Assembly (NCBI GenBank): GCA_004764695.1
Contig: SMSO01000014.1
Location: forward strand, 6,934,029 to 6,998,028
Reading direction: 5' to 3'
DNA length: 64,000 bases
From: Schizochytrium sp. TIO01
Lineage: Eukaryota; Protista; Bigyra: Labyrinthulomycetes
Part shown: positions 33,408-45,402 of the stretch, one piece after another
Numbering within the stretch: the first letter of the stretch is position 1
How the letters are laid out: the number at the start of each line of letters is the position of its first letter
Made by a program: the position numbers and the translations under genes
The notes under the pieces: generated by a model
Seen by the model: the letters and a program-made list of their open reading frames with translations, nothing else
The model's database searches: none
What the model was told of the DNA's origin: nothing

Positions 33408-35141
33408 AATTACACTCCTAAGGTTTCAACCAGGATACTGATGTTACGTTGAGATAAGTTGTTCTTCGTCAGCAAAAAGATGGAAGATGACTCTGCATAT
33501 TTGTTTGTATTCTAATAACTTTATAAATTGAAAACGAAACGATCTACTGCATTACACAATTATACAGACAGACAGCATCCGTCTATAAGCCACAGATAGA
33601 CATAACCGACACGTCCTTGGAAGTAACTCCTTTAAGATAGATAATATTTCGAACTACTATGTTATTGTAGGCGTCTGATAATTAGTCATTCGAAATGTGT
33701 AATCTAGCCGCAACCAGCTCCAACAGCATGTTTGTAAACCAGCTCCTGATCGATGACATTCAGCAGTAATATTTGTCAAAATAAGCTTAAGAATCTGACG
33801 GCGAAAACAGCAGAATTGCTTAGAGCGAGTTGTGGGGGCTATCGGAATCGAGAACCAATTATGTCTATGTTCCAATCTCAGAAGATAATAATCTGCTTGT
33901 GCTCATCTTGTACTACCTTAGACGAGATCATACTCCAGGATAAAGTAAAGTCGAAGCTATGAGTTTTGTCATGTGTGAGATAAATCTAGTTTGTTGGTGG
34001 GCAATGATTCAACCCTGCTTGAATAATCTGTGCGAAAATGGATCTGATAGTAATTCATTCGTGGTAATAGAATACTAACCAACACCAATGCAGTAAAATA
34101 AATGTAAGAATTTAGTTGACATGGGGCAAACGTATGCATACTATTAAATAGATCTCCAACAAAGTTTAATTAAAGTTTGGAATATTCATAACCGTGGAAC
34201 AGCTTATTCAACCAAAAATCTTATATATTCAAGCGACTGCCTCTTCCCCCACCATGACGTCTTCTGTACTACTTACTACGTGCAATAATATTAAGTCCAG
34301 ACATATATCATGACTGCATACATGTAGACTGAGGTTTCTGAATGTTTTGAGGACATCGAGGGCCTGAAATCATCCTTGTTCTGATGGTTTAGTAATTTAA
34401 TTGTTTGCCAAGGAACGCCCAAACCATCTCGACATGTGATGATGATAGTTCCTTGGCTTTGTCTCACATTTGAATTGGAAATGAGACAGTAGAAACAATA
34501 TCATTCTAAGTAAGTAGCTTACAACAAGTTTACGCAGAGTCTCGTGTCAATCAATAAATTTTCGATATGTGCCTGGACTTGATTGAAATCTACAACGTAT
34601 CAGATGGAGTCTCTATAATTGATGTCCTGATATATTTAATTAAACTTAATAACTCAATTATATATATATTTATAATATTTATTTATATATAATCAGTGTA
34701 AACACCAGTATATTCTAATGTAAATAAAATAATACACAAGACAGTCTTGAATGAGGAAAAATACTAATGAATGAAAAAGCATGCTAATTGCAGTTTTTTT
34801 TTTGTATTCTACGGCAATCTGCATTACTAGTAGTGCAAACTAGTATTGAATTTAAAAATTTCCTTTACAATAACTTTGAAGTCACAAAAATTGATAATAA
34901 TGATAAAATACAATATTTGCTCCAAAATTAATACAAAATAATTAATAAATATGTTATATTAAAAGTAAATTTCATTTATATATATAAATTATATATTTTG
35001 TACTAATATTGTATTTTTGAAAAAAATGTCTTGAATCTAGTGATATTGGGATATACAGAGTAATTGATTTTCATACTGATTTGGGAGATTTTGAATTAAA
35101 TGGTCTAATTAAAGGTCTTTAATGAATCGATATAAGTAGAT

Positions 35142-35444
35142 GTACGGAGTTCACTAGCTGTTCCTAGGAATCTCTTGGTGAAGCTGGAGCGCCCGCAGCA
35201 TCATATCCAAATCAAAGTAGGACTCGCTCAGGTTGCGGGGAGCAAAAGACCTGTATCCACGCGCCTTACGCACTTAGGTGGAGGGCCCGAGCGTGGATAC
35301 GGATTGGAGGGAGATCGCGCGAGGGCCATATAACGCTCCAAAGTCCTGCGGGGCCTAGTTTTCGCTGCAAGGCGGGTGGCTAAACATTCGATAAAATCTC
35401 CAAAAAGCCAACCAACCTTATCTACCCTTGGCCGTGCTTTTTTT
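35142..35444. ncRNA. Candidate structured RNA of unknown class, or GC-rich promoter of the downstream gene
   Basis: Abrupt GC-rich island with several stems (GTATCCACGC/GCGTGGATAC, CCCGCAG/CTGCGGG, CAGGT/ACCTG, TTGGAG/CTCCAA, GTACGG/CCGTGC), ending in a T7 run. No diagnostic SRP, RNase P/MRP or snRNA motif was matched. Confidence 0.25.
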
Positions 35445-35583
35445 ACTTGCTAGACAAGACTGTGCGTGCTCGTTCGTGTGAGGAAGCAGCAAGGAGTGGC
35501 TACGTGTAACACAAAATCAACAGTCACTTCTGCGAGGTAGAGGTGTATCTCCTGTTTTTTTTAAAGTACTAACCTCCTTTCTA

Positions 35584-36030
35584 ATGGGTTGCGTTACATC
35601 CTCAGAAGATGCTAAGCAACGATATCACGTAAACACAAGTCATGGTGACGTTAAATACTACGGACCTTCGGCACCTACCAACGCCTCACAGTTAGTCCCA
35701 CTAGAATGGGATGTGCACAATCGCTCATCAGGTAATCGCACAACCCGACGAAACCCCGGGATGGCACAGATGTCTTCGTCTGCAACGTCTGCACCAAGGC
35801 GATCAACAGGGTCTCAGTCTTCTGCAGCAACTCCACCGCTGCCTGCAACACCTGGACTTGTGCTTACTGGTGTGGAAGGGCCAGGAGTTGGTGGGATGCT
35901 CCAGCCCTCACATGCCGCTGAAAACAGTAACATTCATGCTGGAAATAACTTTGCCAATCGCGTGCGTAAGCAAGGTACAAGTAGCTCATCTCACCCCTCA
36001 ACAAACTCTGAGATGGTTGCCCTTTCGTGA
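35584..36030 (+). CDS. Small disordered protein with dual-acylation N-terminus
   Basis: 148-aa ATG ORF starting MGCVTS (G2 myristoylation with S6, C3 palmitoylation); S/T/P/G-rich body. Confidence 0.7.
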   Translation: MGCVTSSEDAKQRYHVNTSHGDVKYYGPSAPTNASQLVPLEWDVHNRSSGNRTTRRNPGMAQMSSSATSAPRRSTGSQSSAATPPLPATPGLVLTGVEGPGVGGMLQPSHAAENSNIHAGNNFANRVRKQGTSSSSHPSTNSEMVALS

Positions 36031-37102
36031 GACCTATGTGGTCTTTAAGAATGTCTTGGACGCTTTGTTACCTTGCACTCATTGTCTTACGTTTCAACGA
36101 ATTGCTCATGTACTAGCTATAATGCAAACAGGCCAAAGCTTTGATTACATGTAAACTAATTACTACTACGCTGAAGTATGTTCACTTTCTCGCCTTTTCT
36201 CTTGAGTCTCTGATCCTCCTAGGCCTACATCTAGTGGAAGGCTTACTTTCTGTTGCCATCTTGACTCATAGCAACCAATTTTTAAAAAATGATGTATCTG
36301 TGGAAACTAAGTAGAAGACTTGTAACGTGTGAGTTTTTTCATTTTGTGATGTGATGTGATGAGTTGGGATGGTTCAAGTCACTTCCTACTTTTTGAAAGG
36401 CATAAGTCCTAGGAAGTATGCAAACAGTTGTTCTATTGGCTTTTGGTTTTACAGTGCAAAATTGATATGCTACAGGAGTCTATTACAAAGAGGACTGTTT
36501 AATTTGCGATACTTGTTGTGATGATGTTTTATTCAGGATATTTCTCATCAAATTGTCTAGGATGGGAATTGCTTGTGACAAAGTCATTAAATCCTTTCAA
36601 AGATAGATTTAAACTAGATAACGAAAAAACAGCTTCAACAATTTTAATATTTTTTTTTCTTTCAAAGCTATATATATTTCAATCTATCTGTACTCAACCT
36701 AACAAGCTGGGAAACTATAATAAATCTATTTGAAATGTTGGCTTTGAATGATTCCAATTTTTTTAGAATTTTAATTTCAATGAGATCTAAATGATAAGTC
36801 AAAAATATTTTTTGCGTAGCTGCATCCACGAACAATGGCTCATTTGTGACATAAGTATACAAGAAAAGTAAGTATTTATTGTTTAAGGAAAACAAGTTTG
36901 GTGTCCCCTTCGTCCTTAGGAACTACAGATAGCTTATTTGGCAGGTGGTTCAGTTTATATCTGCAATGAGTCAGTTGCACGAACGTCTCCCTGCATAGCT
37001 GCCCTAAATACGCTGAAAAGTCGTACATAGAAGTACAAAGTTCATATCTCTAGCTTGTATGATGGAAAAACTAAATGGTCAAGTCTGGTCTATCAAGAGA
37101 GC

Positions 37103-37945
37103 TTATTTCTTTCGTTTCTTCAGCCCAAGTTTCATTTTGATTCCGATTCCAAGAGATGCAGTTTGTTCTATTTGCTGATTTTCTGTTGTTCCCGGTTGTA
37201 CACCACTACTACGGTGGAGACTGACGTTTTCATCATGTCCTTGTTGTGGTTCAAATTTCACACCACTTTCTTCATTTGATTTCACAGTTTGTGTAGATCC
37301 CACAGGCTCTTGATTGTCCTCCTCAACAAGCTCATATTGTACTTTGTTGGTTTTGAAGTTCCAAAAATAATACCGGCTTGTACTAGGATCTTTTAGAACT
37401 TTCCAGCCACGCGGCAAAATTATACCAAGATTTTCTGTAGCATCGGGTCCTTTCCCCTTGAGTGGGGCTTGCGTCAGTACACATCCAGAACTGAGATGCC
37501 TGAAGACCTTTTCAGGATGTGATTTCCCCCTGGGGAGTACTTCATCTATCACAAGCATGTCGTCGATAGTCCACCCATGGGGCGGCCTGATTAAGAGGCC
37601 TGCAGTGTCCAAGGCAGCTGTAACGGAGGAATTTTTGCTTTCACTAGATTTCGAAAGATTTGCAAGATAACCTTGATTTCGAGATGCAGCCTCTGCTGAA
37701 GACCCAATGTGGCGTCCGGTGCTACCCTGGGGTTGTTGCTCTTGTTTCCCCAACAAAAGTTTCTGTGCCTTTCGCTGGCGAACCAGCTCTAAAGTGTTAT
37801 CCTGGGTTTGTTTATCGCGAAGACTCTCGCGCGAAGTTTCGTTCCATGCCACACCCTTTTCTTTGAGATGGTTTTGAGCCTGTTGTCGAGCAAGCTCGGC
37901 AGCCTCTTGCTCAGCTTTCCAGTCAGGTTTTCGTCGCTTTGACAT
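37103..37945 (-). CDS. WW-domain protein
   Basis: LPRGWKVLKDPSTSRYYFWNFKTNKVQYE is a WW domain, with a degenerate WW-like segment upstream (PPHGW...FRHLSSG...QAP). Basic NLS-like termini (MSKRRK, KKRKK). Confidence 0.85.
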   Translation of the reverse strand: MSKRRKPDWKAEQEAAELARQQAQNHLKEKGVAWNETSRESLRDKQTQDNTLELVRQRKAQKLLLGKQEQQPQGSTGRHIGSSAEAASRNQGYLANLSKSSESKNSSVTAALDTAGLLIRPPHGWTIDDMLVIDEVLPRGKSHPEKVFRHLSSGCVLTQAPLKGKGPDATENLGIILPRGWKVLKDPSTSRYYFWNFKTNKVQYELVEEDNQEPVGSTQTVKSNEESGVKFEPQQGHDENVSLHRSSGVQPGTTENQQIEQTASLGIGIKMKLGLKKRKK

Positions 37946-39287
37946 GTCTCTCTAAAAAGCGTATAGTGTACAAAGAAGAGTAACTGCTCAGGTACAAGAG
38001 TCTTCTCGCAGTACCGTTGCCAAGCTCCAATATAGATTTAACCTGGCAGCAACGACCCGACTTGGTGCAGAACAAGAAAGTAAGGAAGGAGAGAGTTGGG
38101 GTTGAAAAATCTTAGCCACCCAGGCGAGGTTAGGTTTGTTGGGGAGCCTAGCTGACAGAAAAGCCAAGCGTGCAAGGAAGAGAGCTTTGCTTTAAATCAA
38201 TGCAGGGCAGTTTCTTAGTCAAGTCCGCTTACTTCGTCTGGCTCTGGCACGATTTCGCCACAGAACACGAAAGAGGCGTCTTGTGGATATAATGATTTGT
38301 CATGCAAGCAAGGTTTATTACTTACTACTACTGGTACCTAGCTAGAGCAATGAAAAAATTATTTAAAAACTACTAGTAGGCGTATTGCACAGGGTACAAG
38401 TACCTAATACACCAAATTAGTATTGAAGAATTTATACATGTTTGCTGGGTTTAGGTCTCTTCTTTGAGGATATGAAGATTTCCTAGATCGTGCAATTGGT
38501 TCAAAAGTTGCTACATATTTTTTTTAATCAAAGCTCAAAGCTGGGTTCTTCACTGCTCCAGAACTCTGTCAACTACCTATGTACATAATTCTACTGCACT
38601 CACAAATAGCATAGTCGGGAGGAATTCTGTTTTCAGATCAGATCCAATTCATAATAAAGAGTGTAAATCTGATGAACTGCAGAGCCGAGATGGTAACTTC
38701 AAAATATCTGACTTGAGAAACACAAGCCCTTTGGTTCGACATCAGGCCAGAAGTTCATCTTCTGAATTCCGCGATTCTTTTCTTGTTCTAATTATATTTA
38801 TGCTTTAATGTTGTTCTTGTTCTTTCCAAAGAGAACAACAAAACTAATAAGCGCCGTGAGTAACATTCACGATATCAAGGTAACCGAGAATCATGAGAGC
38901 AAATCTATCGACGAAGTTGTCCCTTCAGTCTTCAACCACGGCGGGAATCTTGAGGGGAATATCTTGTTATGGCAAATTTAAAAATTATAGGTGAGGCCTG
39001 ACAACTATCTCAATTTCAGATTCTACATTAGAAAGGTATATATAAAACCTATCTATATCTCTATATATACTACGCACCTACAGGTATCTAAGACTCATCA
39101 CTAAGCTTTCCGAGAAACTGCGGTAGCCTCTCAGGTCACTAAATAGTAATCGTGCAATCAGAGCATTGGCAAACTAAGGTTTGTCCGGCGGTCTTGCTGT
39201 CAAAGTAGAAGCCCGAAGTCTATCAAGACCACCTGGTATACATCAAGAAGATAGATATTACTATCGAACAAGAGACACCTTGCTTAG

Positions 39288-40019
<732 letters not shown>

Positions 40020-40630
40020 AATGACCTCCTCAGCTGGTCGTTTTTTAATTAGAAAAATCACTAAATCAATACCATTAGTCCTGTTGCAACATTATGATAA
40101 ACTATCTACTATAAAACACTCAAACTTTTAATCATGGAAGTGACTCGTATTAGCCTTCAAAAATAGCTATCTGCCGTGCTCTTTGAAAGGTAAAATGTAT
40201 GGCAAGTCCTTTCAACGAAACTCATTTTAAAAGCAAAAACATGTAGTGTATGGACTCTTAATAAGAAAAGTCTTATTCAGCTCTATGCAGAGAAGTTATC
40301 AACGTGATAGTGTTGATTTGCCCGCCAGTCCATGCAATACAATGGGAACACATATTTAGCTGACCATTGGAAGCAAAAGCAGTTATCGAGCTGGTTGAGC
40401 AAGGAAATGAACTTGATGGTTTAAAATCGAGTTTGTAGTGTTGAAAAGTATACCAAGTCAATCACACCTGGGTGGTAAAAACTCGAAGAAGTATTTTAAA
40501 AGCAGCCAGAAAAGTTCGGCAAGAGATTTGCATAATATATTTTGGCGTTGACTAGTATTTAGATTATGTTGTTTAAATGCCCGGAATCTTGTGCAATTCC
40601 GAGTAACTAGGCTGTTTGTTTAAAATTCTA

Positions 40631-42334
40631 TCATGCTGTTGTAATGACTGCATCTATTCGTAAAATTTGCTCGAGAAACCCAACAAGACGCTCTAATTGT
40701 CGGATCTTGAGGATCACAGGTTCCAAGGGAACATCGAATTCACTTCCCTCACCTCGTGATCCAATGCTTTGAGAAGAGCTCAGAGACCAAGAACCATCTT
40801 CTAGATCAAGGCAAATATACTTTTGATATTGCGAATAGTCTGCTCCAATTGCAACTTTCAGCACATGGCGGGCAGATTCCCTCACCAAATGGAGTGGTAC
40901 GGCCCGGACTGCGACATGCAAGATACTCAGCACACGACTATAGCTAGTGTACTGCCTGGACTGATAATGTTGGAGAAGCAGCTGACTTAACGTGAGTTCC
41001 CAGCAGCCACCTCTATACGTGAGGTCATGGAATCCGTGTTCTAACCATAATCGAGCTAACCGGACAGCGCGAACAAGTGCGCATTTATACTCCGTAGCAA
41101 GACCTAAAGTTGGGGCAAAGATAAGGAGTTGACCTCTTGCCATCGGGCGAGCGATCATATGTCGCTTTGGTTCAAGTCTTGAGGTAATGCCTTCCAGGAG
41201 AACACATGTCGACGTGCCGAGATTTCTTTCGCTAGCGCTTGAAGCGTTTCCAATGAAGGGACGCATAGTCTTAGACAAATCCAGAGCATACAGAATGCCC
41301 ATGTCAACAATTGGGTCTATACCAGCCAAGAGGCACAGCTCACGAGCCTCCTTCTTATTCACTCCTTGAACAATGAGGATACCTAGTCTTTCACATGCTT
41401 CAAGCGCAAGCTTTGATAATAGTTCAGTACAAATGATAACATTAACGCCTGCATCAATGTGCATACGCTCTAAAAACGCATGAGTTCGACGACTATTATA
41501 TGCCAGAGCATCTTCAAGAGTATTTGTAGAAGATGATTGTACTGTAAGGTTTTCACGAAATTCTACAGGTGACAAGATGCAAGACCACACGGTAAATTGA
41601 GCTTGGGTCAGCGTTTGGGTCTGTGCTGAGCCGCTCTGTGCTGCAATTCTGTAAAAGGGAGCGCGAGTAATCATAAACGAGCTTGTTCCCAAGAGGCGAG
41701 GAGGACTCTGTCCAGCGCACGGAACAATTAAAGTATCAGCCTCCTGAACAGAGTGTTGTATAGCTTCATATAAGGTCCTTGTATTTTCTGTGCAGGCTGT
41801 TAGCCACTCCACCAACGCTTGTACAAGGACTCTTTCTTGGCGAGGAGGGAACTGACCACAAATAGCAGACGCGACTACGCTAGCAAGACTTTCTTTGGAG
41901 ATCATATTTTGACCTTGTTGATAAGATTTGGCGCATTGGCTGCGCGTACTCTCGACCAGGCTTTCCCAGATTACAGCATCAGCACGAAATTGCCGGAATT
42001 CCCGAGCAAGATATACGCAGTCGCGGTTTGATTTAGTATAGTCCAAAACTTCATGCAATGCCGCACATGCCATGATTGCCAACGTTGAGGTTCCATCACC
42101 AGCCTCGGCTTCTAAAGCAGCCATTTCTGTCAACAAAAGCCGCAAGTTAGAAGGCATAGATTGCTTTGAAGGATACAAAGTATCCATTATAGCCTTTCCA
42201 TTCTTAGTGACCTTGAGCTGGTTTGCAGTGTTGACGATAAGGTGGTCACGACCAAGAGGTCCAAAACTTGTGGTGATTACATTGCATATACTACTTGCAG
42301 CCTGAGCAGCGGATCGAACAAGGTCAATGCTCAT
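40631..42334 (-). CDS. BBS10: Divergent group II chaperonin-like protein of the BBS6/10/12 class, most like BBS10
   Basis: SFGPLG, VTKNG and GDGTST chaperonin motifs with a highly diverged middle. The C-terminus LEPVILK..LEQILRIDAVIT and the apical segment GVNVII..GILIVQGV..E...L...G..P resemble BBS10 more than the CCT subunits. Confidence 0.7.
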   Translation of the reverse strand: MSIDLVRSAAQAASSICNVITTSFGPLGRDHLIVNTANQLKVTKNGKAIMDTLYPSKQSMPSNLRLLLTEMAALEAEAGDGTSTLAIMACAALHEVLDYTKSNRDCVYLAREFRQFRADAVIWESLVESTRSQCAKSYQQGQNMISKESLASVVASAICGQFPPRQERVLVQALVEWLTACTENTRTLYEAIQHSVQEADTLIVPCAGQSPPRLLGTSSFMITRAPFYRIAAQSGSAQTQTLTQAQFTVWSCILSPVEFRENLTVQSSSTNTLEDALAYNSRRTHAFLERMHIDAGVNVIICTELLSKLALEACERLGILIVQGVNKKEARELCLLAGIDPIVDMGILYALDLSKTMRPFIGNASSASERNLGTSTCVLLEGITSRLEPKRHMIARPMARGQLLIFAPTLGLATEYKCALVRAVRLARLWLEHGFHDLTYRGGCWELTLSQLLLQHYQSRQYTSYSRVLSILHVAVRAVPLHLVRESARHVLKVAIGADYSQYQKYICLDLEDGSWSLSSSQSIGSRGEGSEFDVPLEPVILKIRQLERLVGFLEQILRIDAVITTA

Positions 42335-42373
42335 CTTGCACTTGGATCGCCGTATTGCTCGTTGGATTGCTGC

Positions 42374-42610
42374 TTATTTCTTACCTGTCTGCTCAGACGA
42401 TCCCTCAGCAGGTGTTTGCTGCGCTTGCTTCTTCTGTTCGTCGACCCACGATTTGCGGCAGTCTACATACAATGATCGCTCACTCTCGCAGTACTCTTCG
42501 TATTCGTCAGGCTCCTGGCCTCCAAACTTCTTCGCACAGCGAATGTACGCCTCAAGCTTTTCTCCGCACGGATCTTCTGCCCAGATCGGCCCTGATGCGC
42601 TCGCGCCCAT
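42374..42610 (-). CDS. Twin-CX9C (CHCH-fold) microprotein with N-myristoylation signal
   Basis: 78 aa; exactly four Cys at positions 15, 25, 41 and 51 (CX9C-X15-CX9C); Tyr three residues before C25 and C51; starts MGASAS; strong start context (A at -3, G at +4). Confidence 0.85.
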   Translation of the reverse strand: MGASASGPIWAEDPCGEKLEAYIRCAKKFGGQEPDEYEEYCESERSLYVDCRKSWVDEQKKQAQQTPAEGSSEQTGKK

Positions 42611-44439
42611 ACTTTCTATTTAGTCCTCTACTCGCCAGAGATGTCAACGTAAGGACTTTGTCAGCACTTGACTTGTGCACAGGGTCTCTGTTCTGCAAAC
42701 CGAGGGCAACTAATACTTCACTTGTATTGATTTGGTCTCCGGGTTGTGGCAGTGAAAGCAGAAAGCCCAGACATCGAAAACTGGCATCAGCGAGACTGAC
42801 CATAGGCACTACCTACCTTTTAGTAGTTAGTTACCTGTTATCTAGCATATGAAATCAGAGCCTACCATACTATACTTGGACCAAGTCTTAAATTCAGATT
42901 CTTACTATAGGTACTAACTACTATGGGGTGAACCAACTCAGAGTTGTCTGTGTGGCAGCGACTGCTCATGGGGCCTTGGATGTTCTACCTAGTTAGTCAC
43001 GGTAGTGAAGGCTCTTTGAAGTATGGAGATTTACGAATTTACCGAGGTGGAACAAACGAGGACAGGGTTCCTTGTAAAGTTCCTCGCTATCGTTGCTGCA
43101 AAGTCGGGTGCACAGCTTAGCCAGTGATTGATCATTCAAGAGGCGTCAAGTTTTGAGGCGTAGCTTCTGCATGTATGATGTGGCCTGAGGGCAAGCAAAA
43201 TATGTCTTCTCGAATCAGGCAGAATGGATAAATATTACATAATGTGTAGTAAAACCGCCATAGTAAACTAGAATATAGATATATTGTGATCAATCGACAG
43301 TCAGCGAATGGTCCTATGACACAGTGATAAACACGGTCCTGCACTTGCAAGCCGCAAGGAATCTAAGACTAAGGTATGGAAAAGCTGTTGTGTATCATAT
43401 TTTTGAAGGTCGGGGCCATTATGCTCTCTCGACTTTGTGGGTAAAATAAAATGTATAACATGCGCGATGAACATTTCTTAGTTTTGGGTGATTAAACGTT
43501 TAATAGTTTTTGACTAAGCTTTAATTCAAAAAGGTCTGCGCGCACAAGCAACAAAACGCACCTACTAGAGGAGCGTATTGTTATAAAGTTATTTATATCT
43601 ACAGATTCCAATGCACCAACAGTATGGTTTAAGTAATGCTTCCGGCTGCTAAGGTTTTAACAGTCTAGTGCATGTGAAAATGTCTCAATTTTACAGCCAG
43701 AGTTTTCGCAAAGGATTCCTATAGCTATTCGTAAATCTGCATACCAATAGCAGAGGTATATAATAAATTCTTAGAACACAGTGAACGTATAATATAAAAG
43801 AAAAAGTATTCAAACTTACCTTCCATAGAAAAATTCAGAGGAGGAAGAAACGAAAAGAAGTGAAACGTGTCTTTACTCTTTCAAATGCTCATATTTGGTA
43901 GCCGCGCACCCATCAGAGTACAAAGACATGCCTTTCACCCCGGCAAAAGAATCTTTTAACAGAATATGTCTTCAGTCAGGCCACCTCTGGTGGTCTATTG
44001 GACACAACTCAGCCATGGAAGTGGAGATCTGTGCTGACGCGACACTGATAATTATATCCGTTGGATAACATTCGTAGAGCCTGCCTTATTAGAGGAAGGT
44101 TGTCCCTGTACTAGTGCAGCTAAGTAGGAACAAAGGAAGGGTAGTGTGCATTCATTAGGGAGTCAGGGAACCAGGAAATCTAATATCTTGTAATTTTTAT
44201 AACAAAACAAAAGAAGAAATGTTTGTACAGAACAGGGCCCTAGGTTTTTGTTGACGCACAGAGCCTTAAGCAATACTATTTCAATGTGTTTTAGATTCAC
44301 CACTTCAAAGTTCAATCAAACATCGAAGTGGACTTTGCATTGTTTAATTCAAAGGGAGGCCTCTAATTCATGTAAGGGGCTTCAACCTCTGGTGTAGGTT
44401 TTGGATTAAGGCAATCAGTTGCCCCATCCTTCCAGGGTC

Positions 44440-45402
44440 ATGGGTTCCACGCGGCAGTCAATTATATATCTATACCCAAACATCACAGCGCCAAATTCAT
44501 TTGTTATAGCCAATCATGCTTCGACAGGCGTCAACATAGTATCCTTGTTGGTGCTGTCATTTATTCTCTACGTCATCCGAAATGCCATGAAGCATGAGCG
44601 AAACAGAGGTCGAAACCCTCGTAAGGTTTTGCTGTACCTGTTCTTTCAAGGGGCATCTACATTAGTTGGGCGTATCTTGATTATTATAATCTTGTGTAGC
44701 TCATTGAACGACAGTGCCTGCGCTGGATTCATTGGAGGTACTCCCTTACTTTATGGTGTATCGAGGTATTTTCGAAACAGTATTTTGCTTTTAAGGGCAC
44801 GGACTGTAATGCCACGTGATGCAAGCTGGGCAAAAGCCATCAATACCATTATTCCAGGAGTGATATTTGTTCTTCTTGGTCTTTCGGTTTGGACATATTT
44901 TCAAATTGGAATAGTCAGAATATTTTTTGAAAGCTTCTGCACAGATATTCTAGTGGGTGGGCACGAGGTTGTGTTAATTGTTGCTGCATGTGATTCAGGA
45001 GTGTCAATATTTTTACTTACAGTTTTTATTGGTAGTGTCGCTAGGAAATTGACATATATCCAGACTACAGTATCGACTGCACAGTCACATGGAAATGGTC
45101 GAGGACTCAATCGTATAGCTATGCAGAAATCAATTCAAAGCAATGTGCGCTTCTCAATACTTTCTATTTTTGCCACGTTGATTCTGGTAATCCTGTTAGG
45201 ATCTGGAATTAGCAACCCTGATACGTCAGACGATAACATTGGGAAGCAACATCTGCGTTTGATTGTTTCGTACACAACACCAGTTGAGAGCATTATCAGT
45301 TTACTTCTGAACATGGTATTGTTTCAGAAGTTATTCAAATTTAAACAACTTAATAAAAACTTGGAAGCAGCAAGCTCAATGATGTCCTTCAAGCTTGGAT
45401 AA
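44440..45402 (+). CDS. Seven-transmembrane GPCR-like orphan protein (paralog A)
   Basis: About 7 hydrophobic segments; Cys before TM3 (SACAG) and in the following extracellular loop (SFCTD); aligns by eye with the ORF at 57601. First ATG at 44440. Confidence 0.75.
   Translation: MGSTRQSIIYLYPNITAPNSFVIANHASTGVNIVSLLVLSFILYVIRNAMKHERNRGRNPRKVLLYLFFQGASTLVGRILIIIILCSSLNDSACAGFIGGTPLLYGVSRYFRNSILLLRARTVMPRDASWAKAINTIIPGVIFVLLGLSVWTYFQIGIVRIFFESFCTDILVGGHEVVLIVAACDSGVSIFLLTVFIGSVARKLTYIQTTVSTAQSHGNGRGLNRIAMQKSIQSNVRFSILSIFATLILVILLGSGISNPDTSDDNIGKQHLRLIVSYTTPVESIISLLLNMVLFQKLFKFKQLNKNLEAASSMMSFKLG

Noticed and set aside
33408-34080. Pseudogenised or spliced continuation of the 32496 ORF
   Set aside because: Stop density in the best frame is near random and no clear acceptor or exon was found.
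35268-35282. Telomerase template (ACCTAA on the minus strand) in the structured island
   Set aside because: Only 6 nt of match and located in a hairpin loop; too weak to call.
38669-38766. C/D snoRNA or hammerhead-like CTGATGA...CTGA/GAAA
   Set aside because: No terminal stem, no recognisable rRNA guide and no hammerhead stem II.
42335-42384. CAG|GTAAGA donor that might splice the CX9C ORF onto the chaperonin
   Set aside because: The AGs next to the ATG give an out-of-frame join that stops at once. The in-frame AGs would need implausible 15- or 27-nt introns, and there is no pyrimidine tract. A distal acceptor is not excluded.
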